The position numbers and the translations under genes were made by a program. The notes beneath the pieces were generated by a model that saw only the letters and a list, made by a program, of their open reading frames with translations, did not search any database and was not told the origin of the DNA. From the NCBI GenBank assembly GCA_028023455.1, contig JAQFVV010000006.1, positions 12,834,001 to 12,898,000 on the forward strand: a stretch of DNA of 64,000 bases, in the 5' to 3' direction. Of this stretch, positions 13,311-26,460 are shown piece by piece. Position 1 is the first letter of the stretch. The number at the start of each line of letters is the position of its first letter. The stretch comes from Epiperipatus broadwayi (Eukaryota > Animalia > Onychophora).

Positions 13311-14088
13311 CAGTTATGAGAAAAATGAGTAATTAATAATTGGCACTAGATGGGAATGCTATGATATCCACATTTTTAATTAGTTGTTTTTGACCTTTGT
13401 CCATAAAAACTTACAATTCCAAGATGGAATTAGCAACTATCTTTAACCCCTTCACTCAAAACTTACATTAAATGTCCTAGGAGTAGGGTGAAGAGAATTG
13501 TGCTAGGAAGAATATATTATATATGTGAGCAAAACTCTCCATACAGTATTGCCACCTGTGCTAAACAGAGTAATCAATGGATGCCAGAAGGCTTGTGCAT
13601 AAAATCCCTATCTAATGCCTACTCATCCAATATCCCCAGACTAGTTTCTGGCTTGTGACCTTCATCAGTGAGGAGCTTTGGATCTGAGAGCACTGCATCT
13701 AGATCTTAGGATCTAATGCAACCCTCTAGCAACCACCTTTTATCTCAGCTTAACTACTAAACTATGAGAATGAAATTGAAAACACAAAAAATATTTTCAA
13801 TCTAAGCTCAATAGCTTAAATAGTCATATGGGTCTGAACTCAGTTCAGCACCCATACATTTTGGTGTCTTTGGCTCTTTTACAACCATAGCCACCACTAT
13901 CCTATTAGGCAGGATTGGTGTTAAACCATTAAGCATCACATGATCACATTTCCTATACTAGCACATTAATTGTTGATAAACAGAGCAAAACTCTCCATAC
14001 AGTATTGCCACCTGTGCTAAACAGAGTAATCAATGGATGCCAGAAGGCTTGTGCATAAAATCCCTATCTAATGCCTACTCATCCAATA

Positions 14089-14130
14089 TCCCCAGACTAG
14101 TTTCTGGCTTGTGGCCTTCATCAGTGAGGA
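14089..14130 (-). ncRNA. Type I hammerhead ribozyme motif, family A (second copy at 13633-13674)
   Basis: TCCTCA-CTGATGA-aGGCcacaaGCCa-GAAAC-TA-GTC-TGGGGA. Confidence 0.85.
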
Positions 14131-14474
14131 GCTTTGGATCTGAGAGCACTGCATCTAGATCTTAGGATCTAATGCAACCCTCTAGCAACCACCTTTTATC
14201 TCAGCTTAACTACTAAACTATGAGAATGAAATTGAAAACACAAAAAATATTTTCAATCTAAGCTCAATAGCTTAAATAGTCATATGGGTCTGAACTCAGT
14301 TCAGCACCCATACATTTTGGTGTCTTTGGCTCTTTTACAACCATAGCCACCACTATCCTATTAGGCAGGATTGGTCCTGCCTAATAGGATAGTAGTTAAG
14401 CTGAGATAAAAGGTGGTTGCTAGAGGGTTGCATTAGATCCTAAGATCTAGATGCAGTGCTCTCAGATCCAAAGC

Positions 14475-14516
14475 TCCTCACTGATGAAGGCCACAAGCCA
14501 GAAACTAGTCTGGGGA
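14475..14516 (+). ncRNA. Type I hammerhead ribozyme motif, family A; predicted cleavage after C14510
   Basis: Stem I TCCTCA/TGGGGA extended by ATCCAA/TTGGAT; core CTGATGA 14481-87; stem II GGC/GCC; GAAA 14501-04; palindromic stem III ACTAGT; GUC triplet. Confidence 0.85.
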
Positions 14517-15624
14517 TATTGGATGAGTAGGCATTAGATAGGGATTTTATGCACAAGCCTTCTGGCATCCATTGATTACTCTGTTTAGCACAGGTGGCAA
14601 TACTGTATGGAGAGTTTTGCTCTGTTTATCAACAATTAATGTGCTAGTATAGGAAATGTGATCATGTGATATTATATATGTGTGATGTTTCCGTCTAACA
14701 ATTAATCTTGCCGCTATTTATTTGTATACATAATTAAAATAATTTTGGTCTTCAAATATGAATCAATAAAAATTAACATGTCTCTATAGTGATTTGTAGT
14801 TTTCATTAAAATAAATTCTAATTAAACAAAAATACTTTCAATTTTAATCATTAATATAATAAACTGTTTCCTTATAATTTGATTTTCAAACTGAACTCTC
14901 TAAATTGAAAGCCCTTCATGTGCGGTAAAGCCAAGTAATTACATGTATGAATATAAAACAGAAGTTAATAAGAATTGAAATATTAAAAATTATGCTACAG
15001 TAATTAAAGTTTAACAGGATAACTACACAAACACATGCATATATAAATATACGTTCTCTGTCTGAGGTAAGTTGGATTATCTAGACAAAAGAATACTATG
15101 ACCAAGTGATAACATTCAATTATTATTAGTAGTATTTTGCTACTATTTGCTGTCTCCTTAATATTATTCTAACATCTCAATAACCTAATAAAGTAGTTGA
15201 TGTGATAAGGTTAGTCCCAGAACCTGAATATTATCCATCTCATCGTTTACCTTTATCAGTAATAGAAAATAGCATTACTCCTAGTATATTATTAATTATC
15301 CATGTGTCTATTTGTGAAGCAAAGATTAAAGATAATAATGAACTCAGCAGCCAATGAAAAATAATACCACATCCACTAGCAGTTAATGTGATACCATACT
15401 AAAATCACTGTGTTTATTTTGGCAATGGAAATATTGGTAGGACCGTTACCTTCTAGCTAAAAATAGTTAGATATCCATTTGTTGATCATTATTCGATGTC
15501 TACCCAGGTTGGCTGTAGGAAGACCATTTAAAAAAGAAAATCCTAAGCCTATTTATGACCTGGAAAATTTTTAAGTTAAAATTTGGTCTGAATTTAAAAT
15601 CCATATTATAGTTATGTTAAACAA

Positions 15625-16085
15625 CCTATTACACTTTCAAGCAACTTTCAACTATCCACACTATCTCATACAACTGATACACATGACCATACACATGTAG
15701 AAAAGATAAACAATCACCAATATAATATTTCATGCTAAACCAGCACTCATTAGTTGGTCCAGATTATCATCTCTCACACACATATATAATCAGTGCTCAG
15801 TTTATATTAAGAGAGCAAATCTTTATACTTTAATGGACAGACTTCAATCTACTCTAACCTCCAACTCTTCAGCCAGCTGTACCATTGAAAATCTGATAAT
15901 AGAACCCCCAAATCTCATGCTGATGCCAATATTGCTGTCATGCAACCTCAAATCACTCTGACCCCCTATATTGGTGATTATTTATCTTTTCTACATTGTG
16001 TGTGATCATGTGTATCAGTAATATGAGATAGTGTGGATAGTTGAAGGTTGCTTGAAAGTCTGAGATCAAATCCCCTATATTCACA
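15625..16085. mobile_element. Family B fold-back; HHR has a G5->A change
   Basis: Minus strand ggaccaactaatgagtgctggtttagcatgaaatattatattggtg; inverted arm ~15970-16085. Confidence 0.75.
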
Positions 16086-16209
16086 ATTAAGTTCCAGGTA
16101 TAAGAATAATGTATTTCAAATCTTAACCACTATGTATGTGTAATAAAATGAACTAAGCACTAAACATATAAAACATTTTTAAAAAAACAATCATCATTAT
16201 TTCAATCAC

Positions 16210-17330
16210 TATCAAACAACTACTGAATAATCTCTCCTTTCACTCATCTTTTGTCTTTCTTCTATACATCACACTAGTAAACTTCTTTATTTCATCAATC
16301 CATCTTACATGTAATCTCTTTCTAGGTCTTTTGCAAACTCTCAGGGATCCCTTTCAAATTTTCGACTGTCACTTACTATCATCCATTCTAGCAATAGATT
16401 CAGTCCAGAACTACATCAATCTCTTCTTTCAATGATATCTGTAATACCTGTTTGCTCTCTCATCCATAAATTTTGTTTTCAATCCCTTATAGTTATTCCT
16501 AATATGCATTTCTCCATATTATATTGAGCAGTCTGATGATTCTGTGGTGCTCTTCTTTTAAGTGTCCAAGTTTCAGATCCATAAGTAAGAACTAGTAAAA
16601 TATATTTATTAAAAGCCTTTTCCAAATACATAGGCATATTTCCATTTAATATTAAGTTATTCCTATCAAAAACACTCCATTCAAGTTTGATTCTATAATT
16701 AACTTTATCTATTATGGATCTATTTGCATGAATGATCTAACAAAGGTATATGCAGTTGCTAACTTTTTCTAATTCATCAATATCAATCTTTATTTTCTTT
16801 TTCTGAGAAAATACATTGAATATTACTTTACTCTATTAAATTAATCTGAAAAGGTAAGCATAATACCAAAACAAGACTTAAGAGCATTGAGCTACTTTTC
16901 AACAGGTTGTTGCCATAGATTCTGGCAGCAATCTGTCAAAAATGAATTCACTGCTCTTTGGTCTTATTTTGGTGTCATATTTACCTTTTTAGATTAATTT
17001 GAATAGTACAAAATTTTGTAGTATTACAGATTTATTTAATCTATTTAGCATGTATCTTCAATCCTACTGTCTTACTTTCAGCTACCTCTTGCAACATTTT
17101 CTAAAGCTTTGAAACAGTATTTGCAAAAACAAACATATCATCTGTAAAATGTAAATGATTTAAATAATCTCCATTTACTTTTACACCCTTAGTTTCCCAA
17201 TTTAATCCTCAAAATACCTCTTGCAAAGCTGCTGTAAAATGTTTTGGAGATATGGAGTCACCCTGTTGTACACTCTTAGCAACGTTAATCCTCTTAATAT
17301 CACTATGTAATCTAATGATTGCTGTAATCT
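16210..17330 (-). mobile_element. Decayed RTE-clade LINE, RT and 3' region
   Basis: Minus-strand frames give GDSISPKHFTAALQEVF, YLNHLHFTDD, VLTYGSETWTL, RWIDEIKK. Confidence 0.8.
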
Positions 17331-18479
17331 AAAAAGCAATATTAAGTTTTAAATAGTTATACTTGCCATTTTGAATGGTAATTTTAAAAAATCACAAATC
17401 AAGTAAATTTTAGAATCGTAATGTTTTTTTTAAAATTAATGACTGAAAATGATGGAATGGTGAGTGCTGAAAGCTTGTTGTTGCGTTTTATAAAAATTAC
17501 TATTTTATAATTTATGATCAGCAAATGTAAAACATTTTAAATATCTCATTGTGGAACAAATGCCTCTCCAACAACCCCTCATTGATAAACAGAGGAAAAG
17601 CCAGCTCCCACCAGATATTCAACTTTCCAAGTGGTGGTAGACTGTGTAATTTTATATTCTTATTTACCCTTTACTTATGTATAGACAATATCCATTTACC
17701 AACCAATACTGAATAGTTAGCTGACTTGCTATGGACTGATTATATGATAGAAAAATATCAAGCCTGTTGAAAAGTATTCAATATCATTTGGTCTAGATTT
17801 GAATTCATGTTACAGACATTATTTTTATGTATGAAATCATATAAATGTGGCTGCTTCTAAGAGAAACATTGGTCTACCATATTTTTCCACTGCATATTTT
17901 GAAACCAATTAGAAATTTCCCCAGTATGAACCATATAAAAATAGCATAATAAATAATTAACATATGCTTTTAATTAACTTAGAAACTGTTTGTTTATTTG
18001 AAGTCAAATCTTGAAACTGATTTCTTAAATGAATTTTCTTATTTTATGCATAGATATCCATGACAATGCAGTAAGGCCATGTGATCTTTTATCGTTTACC
18101 AGCCAGTTACTTGCCTTAAATTGTTAGTAGGTTGAATTCTAACCATGTTGATATTGATTCAATAATTTTTCAGTGACGTACAGACAATAGATGGTATATT
18201 TAAAAAAATTATGCTGTTAATTGAATTTCATGACTATTTTATTAAAAATTAAAATAGAAAAAAAAATGAATTAATTTCTTTTGATTGTTTAATTTAAACT
18301 TTTTTTTAAAATTCTGCTTTCATAAACACAAAAATCTTATAAACTACTTTTAATGTACACAAATATTTCAAATACTGAAAATATGGTGTTATTGTTTAGC
18401 TTCTCAGTTTTTAAATTTTAATATGACAAATTACAAAAAAGTCAATTTAAATACAAGTATATTGTCTATACTGAACCTA

Positions 18480-18770
18480 ATGTAATTAGAAAGGATTTGA
18501 ACTCAGACTTTCAAACTCCCTGAAGCTATCCATTATGTTTTATACAACTGATACACATGACCACATAATGTGAAAAAAAGCAAATGTCATGCAATATATA
18601 TATATATTTCATGCTGAACCTACGCTCATCAATTGATCCAAATCATCATCTCCCACATATAGTGCTCAGCTTTTCAAAGATTTTCAATGATATAGATGTC
18701 TGAAGAGTTGGAGAGTGGATAGCTATAGGAAGCTAGAAAGTCTGAGTTCAAATCCCTTCTAATTATAAAA
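18480..18770. mobile_element. Family B short fold-back, degraded
   Basis: gaactcagactttcaaactcc...catgctgaacctacgctcatcaattg, then inverse gaaagtctgagttcaaatccc. Confidence 0.7.
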
Positions 18771-19230
18771 AAGTCAATTGCAAAATATCCAAAGACTAAA
18801 AAATAAAAATAACATATTTTTAGAAAAAAATGATTTGACTTAATTTGATCAGTAATTCATTAAAAAGCAAGAAATATTTTCTTACTTCAACCATAATTTT
18901 GGTTGTTGTAAGATAACTTTATATAAGAGTGTGGGGCATCCATAAATTATTGTGATTGAATTAATTAATTTATAGATACTCCATATCTTTATTTCAAGTT
19001 ACATGTAACAACCAGTGATTGAATTAATTAATTTAGGAATGCTATACATATTTATATTGATTAGTACATTTCCCATCAAAAACATTTATATATATATATA
19101 TCGTTTAATTTATATATTTATATATCGTTTAATTTATATATTTAAACATTTCAATGTTTAATGATATACAATTTTATAAAAAATGCTTTTGATGGGGAAT
19201 TTACTAAAAACCGAAATATTTACTAAGGCA

Positions 19231-19969
19231 TTTAAGCTATTGTGTGCTTTTTCACGAGTGTTAAATAATAATAAATGAGTACTTCCACTTACAACACAAG
19301 ATATAGTATTTAGGAAAGAATAAAATGAATCCACTTATTCAATCCAACCCAAATGCTTATATATGGGCAAATCTTAAGTACTGTAAGTGAAAGTGTGAGG
19401 ATAGACTACTCACTTTAAACCACTGTTTACGATATCTGAATGAATGACGCCAATGAAATTATCTAGAATTTACCAGACGTCATTCACAAATGAAACTCTC
19501 AAACATATGTAAATGAACATTTATTTTTAGCACTGTTTCTAATTACACAAATGAAACTTTCAAACATATGTAAATAAACATTTATTTTTAGCGCTGTTTC
19601 TAATTACAATTAGAAACAGCGCTAAAAATAAATGTTTTTTTACATATGTTTGAGAGTTTCATTTGTGAGTGACGTCTGGTAAATTCTAGATAATTTCATT
19701 GGTGTCATTCATTCAGATATGTAAACAGTGGTTTAAAGTGAGTAGTCTATCCTCACACTTTCACTTACAGTACTTAAGATTTGCCTATATATAAGCATTT
19801 GGGTTGGATTGAATAAGTGGATTCATTTTATTCTTTCCTAAATACTATATCTTGTGTTGTAAGCGGAAGTACTCATTTATTATTATTTAACACTCGTGAA
19901 AAAGCGCACAATAGCTTAAATGGCTGATTAAATTTATTACAATTAGAAACAGCGCTAAAAATAAATGTT
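19231..19969. mobile_element. Unclassified fold-back element with a 14-bp TSD
   Basis: Near-perfect inverted arms ~19231-19610 and ~19610-19922; TSD tatttactaaggca on both sides; local internal duplications. Confidence 0.8.
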
Positions 19970-21974
19970 TATTTACTAAGGCAATAAACCTAAAGCATGT
20001 GCGGTTGAAAATGCGAAGGTAGGGACCTCTACAGGTCTTAATCACAAGCTTACGCATTAATAAATATTACTTACTTAATCAATGTGCGGTAAATAAATTT
20101 ATAAAAACCGAAATATATATATTTAAACTATAATTTTGAACGTTAAATGTAACTTGAAATAAATGTGTGGATCGTTCATAAATCAATTAATTCAATCACT
20201 GGTTGTTACATATAAATTGAAATAAAGATGTGGAGTGTCCATAAATTAATATAATTTGCTGAACATACTTTCAACGTTGACGATTAGAATCATAGCGCTT
20301 GTATTTTGCTGCAGGAAGCAATACAAAGTTTTTATTACAATATTGATTTTTTTTTTTTTAACCATAAACATTGCAAACTAATAAACACAATATAAGCTGA
20401 TATTTATTTTTCTAATTAGTAAAGTAATAGATTAATTGTTAATAAAGTCGTATGATATTCAAATACCAAATTAAAAGATTGAATATAATTTCATTCAATT
20501 AACCAAATTAATATTGTTTTATTTATACTATAAGACCAGAATTGATTTAGGGACTTTTAGCTTGACTGCACAACTCTTATAATTGATCTAAATAGCACAT
20601 AGCATTATTCCAATTTATAGATTATATCATCAAAATTAAAAAAGAAAACATGTATGGTAATTATTTTGTAAGGAATACCTATTGTTTAATTTCTATTTTA
20701 AATAATAGGGTTAAATACTTGAGAAGCATATGGTGTTTAAGCACCAAACAAGAGGTTGAACACAACTGTTTCATTTATTAGAGTAGTTACAGGCTCAGAG
20801 ATTATGTGATGTTTGAACTTAAAAAAAAAACAATGATGTTTGAAAACTCAAATTGAAGTTATGTGCGTCCATGCTAAGTAGTTTCATTCATTTCACTGGT
20901 TAGATAGCAGGAGGTCATGTGACGTTTGTGCATCCAGGTAGTAAATTTGGGTATAAATAATGGTTCTATTTAAAATCTTTTTTATTTATTTTTCTCAGAC
21001 GGAAATAGATCTTAAAACCTTTGGTTCCAGTCCACTAGCGCTCTACAAATACGCCAAATAGTCTAAAATTCAACTATTTATATACTCTTTCGCTCAAATG
21101 ATTAACTCAAGTTAAAGCTTTCTAGCAAAATGTTTTAAAAAATACATACCCAGTAAAATATTAATATAAACTAATTTATTTTTTAAAATTAAATATTGAA
21201 AACTTCGGTTTCAATTTAATTACAGATATGTTCGTAGGAGGTCTTTTTATCTATTAACAACTATTGAGATATTCTGCGAAATATAACTTTATTACATTAT
21301 CAATGTTAGTGACATCTGATGGAGACAAATGGTTTTCTGTTTACATTTTGTCATTGATAAATGAAATAAAAATTTTAGAATTGCAAGAGAAGACTTCTTT
21401 TATCCTTGTCAGATTTCAAAGATGATAACCTTTACAAATACAAAATATAACATGGAGAAAGTCTTAGCAATGAACTTTTCTTCAAAAATAAAAGTTTATC
21501 AGTGGACTTACAGAACAATATTTTTACAACACACGCGCGCGCGCATATAGCAATTTAAGTAAGCCACTTTTAAAAACACGAATTTTGTTATTTTGAAAAA
21601 AAAATGTTTTATTTATTATTTTTGTAGACGAAAACAATTGATAAATATAAAAAAATCCGTTGAGATTTCAATCAGGAAATAGATTAATTAGTAGCTTTAT
21701 TAAATACTTGAATTTTTCCATGCTTATAGATTCGATAATCGTTAACTACGTGGATTGTGATTGGTTTAAATAGCTATATAAAGCATAAATTATTACAATT
21801 TGGTTTACAGGTTTCAAACTTTGTATTCTCATAACTTTGATACCACGCACTTCAAATAAATAAATTAATGATTATTATTAATCATTTATTAAGCTAGAGA
21901 TTAACATATCATTCTTAGACCAGGTATAAAATTTAAACCCAGTTAAAGATTAAGATATCTTAATTAAACATCAA

Positions 21975-22800
21975 CACATGGAATACTCACACCAATTTCA
22001 TATCTCATTTTTCCACATGTAATATCTTTTTAGATACATACAAAATGTCTACTCTACTGTCTTTTTTCTTTTTTATAAACTTTACTAGTAGTAAATTGTA
22101 TACAAGTATTAACATGTAATGGCAGTTAAGGGTTAAGGAATTAACCAAAAGTACTTCTGTGGATTGAAAGACTGTATATAATAGTTAATTACCATTATAT
22201 TTACTATTAACAAATATACAGAGAAAAATTAAGTTATGTAATTTATGGTACATACCATAATTTACGATGATTCAGTTTTATATACTTAAATGTATGACTC
22301 ATATGCTTTATATAAAACTACAGTGAAAGATAAACTTTTGTAGGTTGCTGATAATGTAATGAACAAATGTAAAGTAATATACAACTCAGAAAAATGTTAT
22401 TTTTCCATACTTTGTTTATAGTACTTATAGATAATAATTTGAGAGCATTTAAGTATGTATTAAAGTATGTATTATGCCATGATTGTTGTCAGAAATTATA
22501 CATCAGTTTTGTATGATGGCATATAGGAATGAAAGACTAAAACTTTTCTCAAGCAATTGTTTAAGACAATGCTTGTAAAATACAAAGTGCTGTAAAGATG
22601 AGAAGTATAGACAGCTTTGAAAGATATGCATCATATCTTTTGGGTGATTATTACATGATCCATTCTCAAAACATATGAATAAACATATTGGAGTGAGATC
22701 ATTTAATTAAAGTTAAAAGCATGGAATACTCATTCCAACTTGATCTTTTCCACATGTAATATCTTTTAAGATATAGTTAAAATGTCCATTGTACTATATA
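21975..22800. repeat. Two ~90-bp direct repeats (~21975-22060, ~22720-22800)
   Basis: catggaatactca...tttccacatgtaatatctttt.agata...aaaatgtc in both. Confidence 0.6.
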
Positions 22801-23350
22801 TTTTTAAATCATATGAATAAACATATTTAAAAAAGACGACCTCTGTAATGCATTTCCTGCTGAAAACATTAAGCTTCAATTGGCCCAGGACACAATCTCT
22901 TGCATATCTTCATTACTTGTTCAGTATGGGCCTAGATTGAGTGAAAATATTAATTTTAGCATGAAACACTTCACGGGATTGTGCAATGATTTGCTATTGT
23001 GATTTGGGCCAACTAAAGGTGTTAGTTCTGCATACAATGCATCCTAGTGTTCATGGAGTAATTTGGTATGTGACTTGGGGCAGATGAAGAATGCTAGTTC
23101 AGCCATGAAATGCACTTTGGAGGTAATTTTCCTTTTATAAATATTTTTATTCTTATATTTCAAAAATGGTGTAGGTGAAATAAATAACTATATCTAAAAA
23201 AAATTAATCATAAACTTTTAAATTTTATTCTGAAAGCAGATAAGTGTGACGATCATGGATGTTTTTGAATGTGATGACTAGACTTTAGTAAGATCTTGGA
23301 AGATCAACTTTATAAGGTATCTATAATATTGAGTCTAAAGCAAAAAATAT

Positions 23351-23860
23351 GAGCAGATGCAAACTCTCCATACAGTAGTGCCACCCAATGCAAACCAGAG
23401 TGATCAATGGATGCAATAAAGTTTGTGCATAAAATCCCTATCTATTTCCTACTCATCCAATTTCCCAGACTAGTTTCTGGCTTGTAGCTTTCATCAGGGA
23501 ATAGCATAGATTTGAAGGCACTGCACTTAGATCTTAGGATCTAATGGAACTCTCCAGCAGCCATCTTTTACCTATTTCATTGCTATTAGGCTATGAGACC
23601 AAAATGAAAACTCAATAATGTTTTCAACCCAAGTTCATTCACTTGTCTAGTTATATAGATCTGAACCCAGTTTAGCATTTATACATTTTCATCTTTTTTG
23701 TTCTTTAATAACTGTAGCCAGTATCATCCCATTGGGAAGAATTGTTAATAAACTACTAAACCTCACATGAACACCCTTTCCTAAGATTACAGAAGCAGTG
23801 GCAACCCTCTTATATAGTAGTGCCACCCTGTGCAAGTGAGAGTAACCAATGGTTGCTTGA
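23351..23860 (-). mobile_element. Family A, slightly more than one monomer
   Basis: Full monomer homology, then a restart of the monomer (tagtagtgccaccctgtgcaag) at ~23815. Confidence 0.85.
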
Positions 23861-25358
23861 ATCTCATGGAAAGTCCATTTTCACTCCAAAATTTTTTGAT
23901 AGTTTAAAGGGTTATTTAGTTCAATATATAAAAATGAAATCTTGATTTGAGACTGGTGGTGAACCTTTAATCACAAGTTAGTGGTAAATCTAATATAAGT
24001 AGTTATACATTTTCTAAGATGTAATTTCTTTTCTGACATCTAAATGAATAAATACATGAATAAGTGCAAAACCATTGCAAAAAAATGAACATATGTGTGG
24101 ACATTAAAATTTCCCATGACAATATTTATTTACATGTCCAGAAGCTTGAGTGGTTTTCTTTCTCAAAACAAGGCCAAAGTGCCAGTCAATTTCAAGTACT
24201 GTCAACCAGCCTTCTAAAAAATGTGGTTTCCAAACCAGACTTTATCTTACGATGAGTTCCTGCTTATATGATTATAATAAAGACAGTCACATATAAATAT
24301 GATTGAACATTTATTTTATGGACATGTACAATATTTACAAGGCTGTTTAAATTTGTGTAGCTCAACCACAGATTTGAATCCTCCAAGACTGATATATTAT
24401 ACACAGAAAGAAATGACATCAAGAGAAAAATCAAGGCAGCTTGTTTTATCACCAATGATATCAACACAATAGATAAAAAGACACTTGTTTTGCCATTTCC
24501 AGAAAATGGATAATATAGGAGATAATTTTGCATACATTTGCATATAATGATGTTAATAATTTAAAGAGACTATGATTATGGAGTAGAAAAACTCTGAAAG
24601 TGCTAAGCCTGCAGAAATTTATGATGTAGAAAAGTTTCACCGCAATGCATCAGCATATTGTTAATTATATACAATTTAGGTACAATACTGTTGCTATACC
24701 ATAGCCTGGTGTGTTCGCTTAGGTATAGCATTTAGTTGCCATCCATCTATCAATGTAAGGAGTTTCAGATGCCCTTCTATTTACTTCACATTTCCAGCTA
24801 TCCCATGACAGCTTGTCGCTTGTAGAGATGTGATGATGCTTCCAATTGTCATGTGACAATTTCCCTGATGTGTGATTGAGGGTCTAGTAGATTCCAGTTC
24901 TAATGTGAACTTGTCTGAATTGCTTTAGCCACATAGTGGACAACCTGCATATTGCCATTCAGGCCACACAGTAATTTGTTATTATTTGACTTTATCTCCA
25001 ACTGGACTGACTATTTATAAACATCTTTATCTACTGTGAGAACAAACTGATATACTGAGAATCATCACCCACTGTTGGCTTCTGCTCTTGGATATATGTA
25101 ATTAGTAAAAATCATTAATTAATTTATTTAATTGGATAGTGTCAAAAATGTATGTGCAGGAAGTTTGACACCTGTAAATCAAATTTGTAGCAATTTGATG
25201 TTGATAAATATTGATCAAAGGTCAACATGTAAGAGAGATTATTACCTGGGCTCACTGAATAGTGCTGGTTCAGCCAGAAATGAGGATTGACTACCTTTTT
25301 TCGATGTTTTCATTCTTATGTTTTAAGAACATGTAGCCAAATAAAATATTTAAGTATT

Positions 25359-25603
25359 AAACCACTAAACATCACATGATCACCATTTCTTATGTACTGG
25401 AGGATTGCATTAGATCCTAAGATCTAGGTACAGTGCTCTCAGATCCAAAGCTCCTCACTGACGAAGACCACAAGCCAGAAACTAGTCTGTAGATATTGGG
25501 TGAGTAGGTACTAGATAGGGATTTTATGCACAAGTCTTCTGGCATCCATTGATTACTCTGGTTGACACTGAGTGGCACTACTGTACGGAGAGTTTTGCTT
25601 GTG
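25359..25603. mobile_element. Family A fold-back; HHR on + strand at ~25453-25494
   Basis: aaccactaaacatcacatgatc joined to an inverted arm containing CTGACGA...GAAACTAGTC. Confidence 0.9.
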
Positions 25604-25989
25604 TTAAGATTTAAGTAAATTTAAAGTTTTTATAACAGGTATTAATATGCTAACTTTAAATCCTACATCACTTATGATGATCCATATTTCTTCTACCATT
25701 TTTCCAAGCAAGAAATAATCTGTTTTCTTTCAATTATTCACTGCCAAAAAAACAACTGGGATTTTTTAGTGAACCAAAACACATATTAGTATTACAACAT
25801 ATATCTTAACACATGACAGTTTAAAAATTCAAATTGATAACTTTAGTTTTATGCAATTGAAGAAGTTTAACATAGATAACACTTTCTTATAAATTATGAA
25901 TATCATTTTTTTTTTATTAGTATGCTTAAGATAGGCTTTTTTTCTTAATACAGGTATCATCTCAATATTGGAGTATACTAATTTATCTG

Positions 25990-26460
25990 TTCAGCTACAA
26001 AAATAAATAATAATAATCAAATGATTTGTTTAGTGCAGTGATAGAACTGTAGATCCAAATATTACAGATTCACAGAACAAAGCCAAATTCTATCACCTTG
26101 CAGTTCAAATATCATATGATACTCCAAGCAACCAACCATTCAATTATTGTTATTTGTTCACCAGCTACTATATTTAAAATGCAGTAGTAGAATTGAAGAT
26201 TTAAGAATTAAAGTTTCACAAATCGCAGCAAATTCTGATACTTATGCAGTTCTAATGTCATATGACATTCCAAGTAACAATTATCTGTTCAACAGCCTCT
26301 ACATTAGAAATGCAGTAATACAATGAAGGAATCCAGGAAATAAAGATATACAAATCACAATTGAATGATTTCTGGAGTCTAAGTGTCATATGACACATGA
26401 CACCCCAAGCAACAAACCATTCAAATATTATTATATGTTCAACAATCTCTATATTAAAAA
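25990..26460. repeat. Degenerate tandem repeat, ~140-150-bp unit, ~3 copies
   Basis: Recurrent catatgac..ccaagcaac.aaccattcaa.tatt..tgttca motif. Confidence 0.55.

Larger units (their letters stand above)
13528..14668. mobile_element. HHR repeat family A: ~1.9 tandem 456-bp monomers plus an inverted arm, 14-bp TSD
   Basis: aaaactctcc at 13531 and 13987 (period 456); hairpin turn at ~14370; TSD atattatatatgtg at 13514-27 and 14669-82. Confidence 0.95.

Noticed and set aside
24700-25100. Decayed retroelement coding remnant (GCPLCG motif, minus strand)
   Set aside because: A single short motif among stops; family cannot be assigned.
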